In this document: positions 51,226 through 64,000 of the stretch, in pieces
How the letters are laid out: the number at the start of each line of letters is the position of its first letter
How positions within the stretch are numbered: position 1 is the first letter of the stretch
NCBI RefSeq assembly: GCF_044704955.1
Contig: NC_091985.1
Location: 217,868,001 to 217,932,000 of the forward strand
Reading direction: 5' to 3'
DNA: 64,000 nt
Source of the DNA: Pristiophorus japonicus
Lineage: Eukaryota
The notes under the pieces: generated by a model
The model's input: only the letters and a program-made list of their open reading frames with translations
The model's database searches: none
Told to the model about the DNA's origin: nothing
Made by a program: the position numbers and the translations under genes

Positions 51226-51916
51226 TATGGGGGAGTTTTCAGTTCCCGTTCTCTGCATTACGGTTCTCTGCTCACACATACACTCTTCCAGTTAACAGCG
51301 AATAACTGAACTACAGTTGTCACTCAACAATTGTATAAATACCGCCACCGGTTCTTTAAATATTCTTTAGTCTGTCTATGAAAACTAGAGAGTTGGCGGT
51401 GATGAATTAATATAGTAATCAAAGAGCCTAGTTTAATTCTGGTCTGGTTTGAGATAATTTGAATGCTGCTTCTGTTCCCAGGCTGTATATTTCTCTGCTA
51501 AGCCAGCCAGTTCAGACCGCATTGCATCAGCGAGCGATGTGCACACACAAGACCCGGATCCATTGCAGTGCTTCCCAGATCTGCCTGCCCCCATTCTCCG
51601 GCAACACCGAATGGGGAAATCTGTGCTTTGCCCCGGGGAACTTGGGGTCAGAGCGACGCAAAGCCGATGTCAGTTTCTGAAAATATTAAAGGGCTCATTA
51701 GTTATTAGTCAATAACTCCCATATGAACCGAGCTGGTATATAAATACACGATCAGTAATCAGGAACCACATACCTGCCCGTCCCTACAATGGGTTAATGA
51801 ACAACACGAAGCTCTGGTTACAGGAGATCGTAGCTCTTTCCTTTGCTGATTTGGTGGCTCTGAAAAGAGCCGTTGTTGCACTTGGTGCTGAAGCTTCGAG
51901 CCGAGGCAGGGGAAGT

Positions 51917-52573
<657 letters not shown>

Positions 52574-52939
52574 TTAAAGAAACTCTAATTTCCCGCCAGC
52601 AATTTAAGAATCCGCTCTTTATAACGGCGATTGTGCCCCATTATAAGTCACCAATCCCACTCTCTGCAACATTCCGGTTTGAATTCTGTTCCATTCCCTG
52701 ATCGGTCTGGACCAGGCGGGAATAAATCCCCGGTCACTGCTTCCTGTAAACACAAATTCCCGCATTGATCCCGCCAGAGTCCCGTTTAACCGAATCTCAC
52801 AACATGACAGGAATTATCTGTGAGGGGAGACTGTAATGTTTGGGTAAAGGGGACGGTGTATCCCGCCCGGTGGTAATTGTGACTGTCAGCCGGAGTTTTT
52901 GATCTCTCATATTTACAATAGTTGTAAAATATTTAATAA

Positions 52940-53040
52940 TTCCCATATTCCTACAGCGACTACACTCCAAAAGTACTTCATTGGTCTTGAGACGTTCGGT
53001 GGTCGTGAAAGGCGCTATATAAATCCAAATATTTCTTTCC
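52940..53040 (+). mobile_element. SINE 3' tail (DeuSINE/L2-type)
   Basis: aaaagtacttcattgg...gtggtcgtgaaaggcgctatataaat tail. Confidence 0.6.
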
Positions 53041-53175
53041 ATGAATTAAACAGCCGAAACCATTTCCCAACCAAACTGTACGCGCTCCCATCCCCAGGTC
53101 GCTGCTCTCTCTGTGAGGCGGTGGGTGGCTCTTAGAAGAGCCTTTGTGTTGTGTTTGGGGGAAGGGTCGCGTTAT

Positions 53176-53496
<321 letters not shown>

Positions 53497-54316
53497 TCAC
53501 TTAAACAGCCGCTGAATAAGACGGAGCTGCTCCCGGCTCTTTTTTTTTAGAGCCGGAGCGGATCTGACTGAGAACGCGCAGAGTGAGAGAGGCGGGAAGG
53601 GGAGGAGACAGAGTTAAGATTGACAGACAGAGCAGAGAGCAGCCTCTGATCTTCCAGCTCCGCCTCCAGCTTTCTGCAGCCGCCAATTTCAATCCGTTTT
53701 CCGACAATAGAACCGAAACACAGCGCTCCGCACAAACTCTTACAGACTCGGAATTCATCTTCAAGGCTTCCAGGAATCAGAAGCTTTTAAATGTCCAGTT
53801 ACAATTAACAATCACGAATATTCCCGCCTATATACAGCCCCTTCCCTGTCAATCTCAAACCTTGTATCATCTCCCCACACTTCCTCTCACAGACAGGTTC
53901 AGCAATTTACAAACACCTTATTCCAGCTGATTTGGAGAATGTGGTGTTTGGGGTTTGAGTTGTGAGGCGGGGTATCTCCGCCAGTATCACCGTCTCAGAC
54001 TCTCCCCCTAAATCTGTGAAATAACAATGACCAGGAACTGAGACTGGAGCCGAACACATCCCCAGTTACAGTGAGGCCCGGGCCGGACATCCCATTCTCT
54101 GTGTGTTTTATTGCAGACACTGGGGGAGGGGTGGGTGCAGTCAATGTCAGCGGGTCAAAAGGGATCCTGGCTTCATGTTCAATGACTTCTGTCTGAAATC
54201 TGAGCCCGGCCCCGGGACAGGGAGCATTTGATTCGGGGATCAACTCTTTTCTGAGAGGCGTGGGTGGCTCTGAGAAGAGCCATTGGGTCCAGGTGTTTAC
54301 AAGTTGCACTTTTTAT

Positions 54317-54976
54317 TTACTTTTTGGATGCTGCTTTCTTGGGTTTTGCTGATTTGGCCTTGGCCCTCGCTTTTTCCACCTCTTTGGCCGCCTTCACCTT
54401 TGCGCCTGAGGCCTTCTTGGGGCCCTTGGGCTTCTGCGCCGCTGCCTTCTTCCCAGCCGCAGCTTTCGCTGTCTTTTTTACTGTTGGCGCCTTCTTGGTG
54501 CTCGTTTTCTTGGCGGGAGATTTCTTGGCTGCTGGTTTCTTGGTCAGAGATGTCTTGGCTGCTGGTTTCTTGCCTGGAGATTTCTTGACTGCTGGTTTCT
54601 TCACCTCGCTTCCCACTTTCCCCTGGTTTTCCTTCTTAGCGACTTTGAAGGAGCCCGAGGCGCCCGTGCCCTTGGTCTGCACCAGGAAGCCATTTGTCAC
54701 ATTCCTCTTGATACTGAACCTGATCTGGGACCTGCGCTTCTCCACATCCACGCCTTTGGCCGCCAGAGCCTTCTTTATCGCGGCCAGAGACATCCCCTTG
54801 CGATCGCTGCCATCGGCCACAACCTTGAGGATATATTCGCCCAACGTGGGGCCGACTGGCTTGGAGCGGGGAGCCGCCGCCTTCTTCTTACTGTGAGCCT
54901 TGGTTTGAACGGCGGCGGCAGGAGGAGCCGTTTCGGCGGCAGCAGGAGCCGTTTCGGCGGCTGCAGTGTCAGTCAT
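54317..54976 (-). CDS. H1: Linker histone H1
   Basis: 219 aa; globular domain (SLAAIKKAL, QTKGTGASGSFK), K/A/P-rich tail; stem-loop 54266-54281. Confidence 0.95.
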   Translation of the reverse strand: MTDTAAAETAPAAAETAPPAAAVQTKAHSKKKAAAPRSKPVGPTLGEYILKVVADGSDRKGMSLAAIKKALAAKGVDVEKRRSQIRFSIKRNVTNGFLVQTKGTGASGSFKVAKKENQGKVGSEVKKPAVKKSPGKKPAAKTSLTKKPAAKKSPAKKTSTKKAPTVKKTAKAAAGKKAAAQKPKGPKKASGAKVKAAKEVEKARAKAKSAKPKKAASKK

Positions 54977-55044
54977 GTCGGTGACTCTGGAAAATCTCTG
55001 ACAGTCAGAGCTCGGTCAGATATGAAACAGGAGGCGGCGGCACA

Positions 55045-55125
55045 GAGCAACTTAAAGGCAGCGAGCGGACGGGGCGGAGACATCCTGCTGTCAGCTCCCC
55101 GCCCCTCCAGCCTCTCTGTGTTTCT
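55045..55125 (-). promoter_or_regulatory. H1 promoter: H1 box and GC boxes
   Basis: AAACACA on the minus strand at 55123-55117; GGGGCGGGG at 55105-55097; TTTAAG TATA-like site. Confidence 0.7.
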
Positions 55126-55519
55126 CTCTCCTCATTAACTGTCCGATTCCAATTCAATCCGGGCCCTCCAGATTCCCAGACTGGCCTCTTTCTGTCCCGA
55201 ACACCGGGATGTTTGTTGTCGAGAAGGTTGCATCGGAATTGAAGGCAGCAATTTGGATTTAAACCGGTTTCATTGCTGCACTGATCGCGCTCTCTCACCC
55301 GATCGCGGACATTTTCTCTGTTTTTCGACTAAAATTTGAAATCACATCAAACTTGACGTTTAATTCCCACTTTAGACCTGAGCAGGGGAGCAGGGCGATC
55401 CTGTGACAGGGAAATCTTTGAATTTTACACAAGAGGGACTCTGGAATCCGGGGATGAGACGGACACACAAACACAGTGATATTAGTCTCACCGGCCCGCC
55501 CCTTTAACACACTCTCATC

Positions 55520-58500
55520 ACACTCTGAAAGTGAGTTGTTAGGTGACTGAACAGTCCAATACGGGAATTACAGTCTCTGTCACAGGTGGGACAGTTAGTC
55601 TTTGACGGTAAGGGAGGGTGGGACTAGTTTGCCGCACGCTCTTTCCGCTGCCTGCGCTTATTTTCTGCATGCTCTCGGCGATGAGACTCGACCGCTCAGC
55701 GCCCTCCCGGATGCACTTCCTCAACTTCGGGCGGTCTTTGGCCAGGGACTCCCAGGTGTCGGTGGGGATGTTGCACTTTATCAGAGAGGTTTTGAGGGTG
55801 TCCTTGTAACGTTTCCTCTGCCCACCTTGGGCTTGCTTGCCGTGTAGGAGTTCTGAGTAGAGCGCTTGCTTTGGGAGTCTTGTGTCAGGCATGCGAACAA
55901 TGTGGCCTCTGTCATGTATCTCACATTACTGTATATAACTGTATCTTACCATGCTATACATGACTGTAACTGGATATGACCTGTAACAATAAGCATACCT
56001 TACCACCAGGGGTGCACTTGCAGGAGACACTCCATACCTGTCCCACTGAGGTATATAAAGGGAGGTCTCAGGCATGTGCAGCACTGGAGAGCTGTGAATT
56101 AAAGGTGCAGGTCCTGAGTGACCTTGACTTCAGCATGCGTCTCGTGCAAGTCAGTACATTAGAGTCAGGACTTAACAGTGGCGACGAGTTACGGGATCAC
56201 AGAATCCACAGAATGGCTACCAACAGCTCAGATGAGAAATACAATGCTGGAGACAATTGGGATGACTTTATAGAAAGGCTCCAGCAAAGCTTTGTGACCA
56301 AAGACTGGCTGGGCGATGATAAGGCAGACAAGAGAAGAGCCCATCTCTTGACCAGCTGTGGCTCGAAAACATATGCTTTAATGAAAAACCTGCTGGCACC
56401 CAAGAAACCAGCAAGCAAGTTGTTTGAGGAGTTGAGCACACTGGTGCGAGACCACCTGAAGCCAGCGAGCAGCCTACACATGGCCAGACACAGGTTCTAC
56501 AACTACAGATGCTGTGTGGACCAAAGCATACCCGACTTGGTGGCGGAACTTCGGAGGCTGGCTAGTTCATGTGAGTTCCCTAATGAACTAAGGAGAGAAG
56601 TACTGAGAGACTTTTTTATTGAAGGAATAGGCCATGCAGGCATATTCCGAAAGCTTATAGAGACTAAGAGCTTGACTCTAGAGGCAGCAACACTGGTCTC
56701 ATAGACATTCTTGGCAGGCGAAGAAGAAACAAAGCTGATCTATACTTCGGGTAGTACAACCAACGAGGCATCGGAACAAGGGATTCACATTGTGAAACAA
56801 ACTGCTACCCCCACACACAGACAAAGGCATGAGAGCAGGCCTTCAACAGCAGACAGTGGCGCCAGAAGCCATCAAAATCAAGGGCCACTTGAACGGCCGA
56901 TCACACCTCATCAACCCACAATGCAAGCAATCAACAACAGATTGAGAGAAGCTCAAGGGAGATCAGTCAGACGCAGCTCATCCTTCGGAAACAATGGAAA
57001 CGTCTGTGTTGGAGATGTGGGGGAAGGCACTCAACCAGGGTGTGTCGATTTCAGCATGCCGTTTTCAGAAACTGCAACTACATTGGCTTTCATGTCAGAA
57101 AAACAGCAGCTCAGCTGGTATGCAAATTGGAAAGGTCGAAAAGCGGACCAGAAGATGGTTGGAATAGTGCACAGGATGCCGAGATACAGCGGGTTAACAT
57201 GATCAATGTCCACTGTTCTTACACCAAGTTGCCTCCAATTATGATGAGGGTTCTACTCAATGGGATACCCGTCAACATGGAGCTGGACACAGGGGCCAGT
57301 CAATCCCTCATGAGCGTTCAACAATTTGAACAGCTGTGGCCGCACAAAAGCAACAGACCAAAACTCACAAAGATCGACACCAAACTAAGGACCTATAGTA
57401 AAGAAATCATCCCAGTCCTTTCCAGCGCCATGCTCTCGGTCACACACAAAGGGATGGTGAACCGACTTTCCCAGTGGATTGTCCCCGGGGATCTCCCAGC
57501 CTTGTTAGGGAGAAGCTGGCTAGCAGAACTTAATTGGAAATGGGATGATGTTCATGCCATGTCGTCAGAGGAACGAACCTCCTGCTCAACAGTTCTAAGC
57601 CGTTTTGAACATCTCTTTCAGCAGGTGTGGGCACCTTCAAAGGGGTAAAGTTAAAATTTACATCACACAGAATGCCAGACTGGTCCATCACAAGGCTAGA
57701 ACTGTACCTTATGTGATGAGGGAAAAGATTGAAAATGACCTGGACCAGCTTCTGCGGGAAGGCATAATTTCTCCCGTGGAATTCAGTGACTGGGCAAGCC
57801 CCATCATCCCCGTCATGAAGCCTGATGGATCCGTGTGAATCTGTGGGGATTACAAGTCTACCATCAACAAAGTCTCCCTACAGGACCAATACCCGCTTCC
57901 CAGAGCGGAGGACCTATTTGCCACGTTGGCTGGAGGAAAACTTTTCTCGAAACTTGCCCTCACATCTGTGTATATGACGCAAGAACTGACCGAAGAGTCT
58001 AGGTTACTCACCACCATCAACACACATCGAGGCCTTTTTGGGTACAATCGATGCCCATTCGGCATCAGGTCGGCAGCTGCTATATTCCAGCGCAACATGG
58101 AGAGTCTGCGCAAGTCCATTCCGGGGACGGTTGTGTTTCAAGATGACATACTCATCACGGGCAGGGACACCGACTCTCATCTCCGCAATCTTGAGGAAGT
58201 ACTAAGTCGATTGGATCGGCTAGGCCTAAGAGTTAAGAAACCCAAGTGTCTGTTTCTCACATCTGAGGTTGAATTTTTGGGCAGAAGGATTGCCGCTGAT
58301 GGAATCCGCCCAACCGAATCCAAAACTGAAGCGATTCACCTAGTACCCAGGCCCCGGAATATCTCAGAACTGCGCGCCTTTCTGGGCTACTCAATTACTT
58401 TGGGAACTTTATGCAGAACTTGAGCACACTGCTGGAGCCTCTCCATGTGCTACTCAGAAAGGAGTGCGATTGGTTTTGGCGGGACACCCAAGAACGTGCC

Positions 58501-61085
58501 TTCAATAAGGCACACAACCTTCTATGTTCCAAGAGTGTTTTAGCTTTTTTTGACCCAGGTAAAAAGTTAGTCCTTACTTGTGATGCATCAGCATACAGGG
58601 TCGGGTACATTTTACAGCACGTCAATGATGCGGGTAAATTGCAGCCCGTTGCTTATGCCTCCAGGTTACTTTCGCGGGCGGAGCGCGGGTATGGTATGGT
58701 TGAGAAGGAGGTGCTCGCGTGCATGTACGGTGTCAAAAAGATACACCAATACCTTTTCGGGGCCAAGTTTGCATTAGAAACCGACCACAAACCCTTCAAG
58801 TCCCTACTATCGGAGTGCAAGGCAATCAACGGCAATGCCTCGGTGCGCATTCAGCGGTGGGCACTCATGCTGGCAGCTTACGACTACACGATAAGGCACA
58901 GACGAGGCACAGACAACTGTGCCGACGCGCTTAGCAGGCTACCCCTGGCAACCATAGAAGGGTCCGACGAACAGGACTGTGAGATGGTCATGGCATCAAT
59001 GCCTTTGAATCCACAGGTTCGCCCATGATGGCTCGCCAAATCAGAGCCTGGACGACCAGCGACCTCACGTTATGTCTAGTTAAAAGATGCGTTTTAATTG
59101 GTGACTGGGCAGAGGCTCGCGATGCCTGCCCTGAGGAGGTCAAACCCTTAGGCGCATGCATGAACTCTCAATACAGGCAGACTGCCTGATGTGGGGCAGC
59201 TGAGTAGTTATACCCTTACGAGGCAGGGAGGCATTTGTCCAGGAGCTTCATCGTGAACACCCGGGGATCGTCCTTATGAAGGCCATAGCCAGATCTCATG
59301 TCTGGTGGCCTGGCATTGATGCAGACTTGGAGCTCTGCGTCCGTTGGTGCACCATTTGTGCCCAACACAGTAATGCCCCCAAGGAGGCCCCCCTTAGCCC
59401 CTGGCCCACCAAACCATGGTCACGGGTGCATGTGGACTATGCAGGCCCATTCATGGGCAAAATGTTCCTTGTAGTCGTTGATGCATTTTCAAAATGGATC
59501 GAGTGCACCATTTTAAACTCGAGCACCAACTCCACCACTGTGGAGAGCCTTAGAACCATGTTTGCAACGCACAGCATTCCTGACATATTGGTCAGTGATA
59601 ATGGTCCGTGCTTCACCAGTGCAGAATTTCACAATTTTATAGTTGACCACGGTATAAATCACGTTAAGATGGCACCTTTTAAGCCAGCCTCCAATGGCTA
59701 GGTGGAGTGTGCAGTGCAGATCATTAAACAAGGCATGCTCAGAATCCAAAGTGCCATGCTGCAGAGCCACCTGTCGTGACTGCTGCTGGCATACAGATCT
59801 CGTCCGCATTCATTGACTGGGGTTCCCCTCGTGCAACTATTGATGAAATGAACCTTAAAGACCAGGCTCTCGTTAGTCCTCCCAGACATGCATGAAATTG
59901 TTGAGGCTGAGCATCAAAAGCTAACTGAGTACCATGACCAAAATTCGAGGGGGAGGTGGAATGAGATAGGGGACAAAGTGTTTGTGCTAAACTATGGCCG
60001 GGGTCCCAAATGGCTTGCAGGGACAGTAACAGACAAAGAGGGAAACAGGCTGCTGGTTATACAAATGGACAATGGCCAAACCTGCCAGAGGCATGTTGAC
60101 CAAGTAACAAGTAGATTCACTGATAACACTGAAGAACCAGAGGCAGACTACAATGTGGAACTCACACCACACCTAGTGGACAGACAGGTAGAACAACCTG
60201 AGGAAAGGGCAGTCTGAACAGACAGCCCAGGCGAGATACCAGCAATCACGCCGAATGAAACAGACAGCCCAGGCGAGATACCAGCAATCGCACCTAACGA
60301 ACACAGGCACCAAGGCAAACAACTGAACCACAACTAAGACGCTCCATGCGAGAGTGCAGACCACCTGAGAGACTGAATCTATAAAGGCAATAAGACCTTG
60401 GGGGAGGGTGATGTCATGTATCTCACATTACTGTATATAACTGTATCTTACCATGCTATACATGACTGTAACTGGATATGACCTGTAACAATAAGCATAC
60501 CTTATCACTAGGGGTGCACTTGCAGGAGACACTCCATACCTGTCCCACTGAGGTATATAAAGGGAGGTCTCAGGCAAGCGCAGCACTGGAGAGCTGTGAA
60601 TTAAAGGTGCAGGTTATTGAGTGACCTTGACTTCAGCATATGTCTTGTGCAAGTCAGTACATTAGAGTCAGGACTTAACAGCCTGCCCAGCGGAGCTGGT
60701 CGAGTGTGGTCATTGCTTCGATGCTGGGGATGTTGGCCTGGTCGAGGACGCTAACACTGATGCGTCTGTCCTCCCAGGGGATTTTCAGGATCTTGTGGAG
60801 ACATTGGTGGCATTTCTCCAGCGATTTCCATCAAGATCAACGGTCCGGCACTGGACAATGTGGACCACTTTCCATACCTTGGGAGCCTATTATCAGCAAG
60901 GGCAGACATTGACAACAAGATTCAACACTGCCTGCAGTGCGCCAGTGCAGCCTTCAGCCACCTGAGGGAAAGAGTGTTCAAAGATCAGGCCCTCAAATCT
61001 GCCACCAAGCTCATGGTCTACAGGACTGTAGTGATACCCGCCCTCCTGTGTGGCTCAGAGACGTGGACCATATACAGTAGACACA
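55520..61085 (-). mobile_element. RTE LINE fragment split by the Gypsy element (55520-55909 and 60681-60827) with an inverted 5' segment (60828-61085, + strand)
   Basis: Homologous to the 34075-35720 RTE; ...tgtggcct and gcctgcccagcgg rejoin across the LTR element. Confidence 0.85.
55910..60680 (+). mobile_element. Full-length degenerate Ty3/Gypsy (Mag-like) LTR retrotransposon
   Basis: LTRs 55910-56177 and 60412-60680 (TG...CA); PBS TGGCGACGAG; polypurine tract GGGGAGGG; gag from 56213, protease LDTGAS, RT FQDD, RNase H CDAS, integrase DYAGP/SDNGP; flanks GCCTC/GCCTG. Confidence 0.95.
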
Positions 61086-62459
61086 CATTATCACTCACAC
61101 AATGTTCACATCTGCACATTCACAACACAAACTGTCCCAGATTTACAGCTCCCAGCACAGGGTTTCCTCTCCGCTCAGCTTGTGCTGCCGATTCTCGGGG
61201 TTAGTTGTAGTTTCCCAGCTCAGTAAATGTTAAACACTCTGAGGCTTGCATTCCTTACAGTGTTTGGTTCCTGCCCCTGAATCTGGGGAACACTCACCAC
61301 AGAGGCTGGCTAAACTCATATCTGCTTTAAGTTGTTATAGTGTTCGCATGCAGAAATATGTTTGATTTTTCTGAAAATATATATTATGTGCTCACTGCCC
61401 CACCAGCCTCTCTTTGTCTCTCTCTCCTCCTAAACTGAGAGACATTTAACAGTAACTGGTGCCCTATCCATCCCATCCTTATCACCCAGAGATTGCTATC
61501 TGAGAGAACGGCAGATATAGACACCCTAAATACGCGAACTGTGTCTCCATATTACGCTCAATACTTGTATCACGCATTCATGTACCGTATCAGCGAAAGA
61601 TAGAGAGAGACAGGCACAGTATCAGTCTTACACTTTGTATTGGTATCCCCGTCTTACACTCAGTAACAGTGCCACACTGTCATGTATAGCACCAGGGAGA
61701 GAATAGAGACAGTATCAGGGTTGTACTTCCAATAGTGTTTCCACATCACGCTAAATAACAATATCCCGCCTTTCCAAACAGTACAAGAGAAAGGGGGATA
61801 GCAACACAGAGAGAGATGGGGAGAGGGGGGAGTGGGGAGAGCGGGGAGTGGGGCAGAGGACTGAGTGAGAGACAGGGGAGCGCGAGGCAGGGCGGTGAGA
61901 CACAGAAACATGCACAGTATCAGTTCCAGACTGACCTGTGAGGTCCGGTTTTATCCTGAAAGATCCCATTGGAGAGACAGAAGATGCAGTCCCCTCTCTC
62001 ACTGATATTGTACCACAGACAGACACATTATTAATCCCACACTGCGGGACAGTGTCAGAGAGTGAGAGAAACAAGGTCCCACATTTAACCCTCGCTCGCC
62101 TGTTGTACTCTCTGTAATCTTGCAGCTCAGGGCCGTTCGGTATTACTCTCAGTGACCGAGTGTTTCACTCTGATTAAATTAAACTGGGACTGTTTCTGTC
62201 AGATATTAACTCCTGCACAGTCCCAGCAAACACTCCTACTCCGCCGTCCCTCCGATGTTTCTGCAGGATTGCTTTGTGAGGACGGGCTCACGAAGAGAAA
62301 AAAACCCTGCAAGGAATGATCCCAAATTGAGCATCTCAAAGGGGCAAGGCCCCCAGCTTTAAACATTCTCTGTCCTTGCCCCCCAGGCCCAGTTCCTTTG
62401 CTCAGATTCTGATAAAAGTGAATCGGGAAAAGTTCACGTTGATTTTTAAAGGCTGAATT

Positions 62460-62631
62460 ATTGCAGAGAGCTGCGCATGCGCGGTTAAGCCCCGCCCCCG
62501 TGTCGATTTCCAGTGAGCAGAAGAGCACATGCGCCCTCCCCTCCCCCAGCCTGTGAGCGCCATTCACTCAGTGAGCGGAAGAAGATGGTTTAAACAGCCG
62601 GGAATGGAGACACCGCGGCCCCGGGGTAAGG
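62460..62631 (+). promoter_or_regulatory. CpG-rich promoter and putative first exon of an unidentified gene
   Basis: NRF1 TGCGCATGCGC 62472-62482, GC box 62490-62499, CGGAAGAAGATGG 62576-62588, donor GTAAGG 62626-62631; possible next exon 63399 to about 63488. Confidence 0.6.
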
Positions 62632-63499
62632 CAGCGAGCAGCAGCCTCCTTACAGCAGCACATCGCTTTGGGAGCGTGTCCGCAGATGGGCTCAGAGATC
62701 GGCACTGAGTCCGGGGGAAGTTCAGGGGGAGTCGGAGTCTGTGTGTAACAGGCGGAGTGGAGCAAGAACTGGTCTCAGTGCGTGGAGTGAATGGGGGAAG
62801 GGAGAGGCCATTCTCGGGCTGTGTGTGGACAGCGTGTGTCCCGGGTAAGGGAGACAGAATGGGAAGGATCTGCTGTTTACAGTCATTGCTGCTTTCTCCC
62901 TGTAAACCAGTAGTGAACGTTCCTGCTTTAGTTCCAGTCTCACCGTGTTTGTTGTCATTGGACAGTGAGCGGTGGAAGCAGAGCCGGACAGTGAGGATTT
63001 ATACAAGGAGCATCTATTGCAGGCACCGGGTGAGAAATGTGAAAGACACGTTTTAAACAGCGGCTCTTTGTTTCTGGTTGAACGGTTAGTGCCCTGGGAG
63101 AGGGGAGTAGCAATCTGAGCTGTGTAAAAGTCCGTGCCCCATCGGGTCGTCCCATTCCTGAAGCAGGGCAGGGGTTGGGTTGTGTCTGGATGTCAGTAAA
63201 TTGCTGTAAATCTGCCCAACACACTTGGTGTGCAGAAGCTGAGTACTGCAGTGGAGTCAGACACTGACATTGTTTGTATCGCTGGCTTTTCTTTGTGAAT
63301 GTTCATAACGAATATTAATTGAACAATTACATTCATTACTTTAGTATTTTCTCCTTCTCCTGTTCTTGAATGATCAGAGATACCATTTCTTCCTACAGGC
63401 AAGGAATTGAAGGTACAGGAACAAATGTGAAGTTTCTGCCACCTGAGACATGAGGAACAGTGCAACTGGCTCCTTGTACACACAGTAGGTACGGTATTA

Positions 63500-64000
63500 C
63501 TCAGAGAGGACGAAACCAGGGAATTGGTGATGGGGTACATGGAGATGGCAGAAACTCTGACCAAATATTTTGAATCAGTCTTTACGGGAGAGGAGACTAA
63601 AAATATCCCACCAGTGGATAGTCAAGGGGTTATGGGGGGTGGGGGCTATATCACAATCACTAATGAGGTGGTAAATGTCCTGGACCTGATGGCTTGCATC
63701 CTAGGGTCTTGAGAGAAGTAGTGGCAGGGATAGTGTATTCATTGGTTGTAATTTACCAAAATTCCCTGGATTCTGGGGAGGTCCCAGCAGATTGGAAAAC
63801 TGAAAATGTAACACCTTTTTTTGAAAAAGGAGGCAGACAAAAAGCAGGAAACTATAGACCAGTTAGCCTAATATCTGTGGTTGGGAAAATGTTGGAGTCT
63901 ATTATTAAAGCAGTACCAGGACATTTGGAAAAGCATAATTCAGTCAGGCAGAGTCAGCATGGATTTATGAAGGGGAAGTCATGTTTGAAAAATTTGTTGG
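63500..64000 (+). mobile_element. CR1 ORF2 fragment running off the window
   Basis: KYFESVFT, NYRPVSL, QHGFMKGKSC motifs. Confidence 0.85.

Noticed and set aside
61560-62080. Fuzzy cacagtatcag/gagagacag repeats
   Set aside because: Too degenerate to define a unit or function by eye

Overview
Eukaryotic, repeat-dominated DNA, most likely from a cartilaginous fish (inferred from the CR1 3' tails, DeuSINE fragments, KRAB-less C2H2 gene and histone tail sequences). The core is a decaying replication-dependent histone cluster of 11 loci between 23.6 and 55 kb. Two H2B, one H4 and one H1 are intact, one H2A is intact but divergent, and the other six H4/H2A/H2B/H3 copies are pseudogenes or fragments; most keep the 3' stem-loop. 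The window also holds an 8-finger C2H2 gene (17.4-18.1 kb) and CpG-rich promoter/first-exon modules (about 0.9, 16.5 and 62.5 kb). Mobile elements include many nested CR1, L2 and RTE LINE pieces, a full-length degenerate Tx1 element, a full-length degenerate Mag-like Gypsy LTR element and a TIR-flanked non-autonomous element. There are three minisatellites (33, 67 and 40 bp units). I found no clearly new biological system. The most unusual observations are: a canonical CDE-N4-CHR element four times in histone promoters; an H4 promoter fused head-to-head to a paralog of the 62.6 kb first exon; a ~140 bp direct repeat flanking the Tx1 element; and in-frame zinc fingers upstream of the ZNF start, behind a single TGA. 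Repeat boundaries are approximate and were read by eye.
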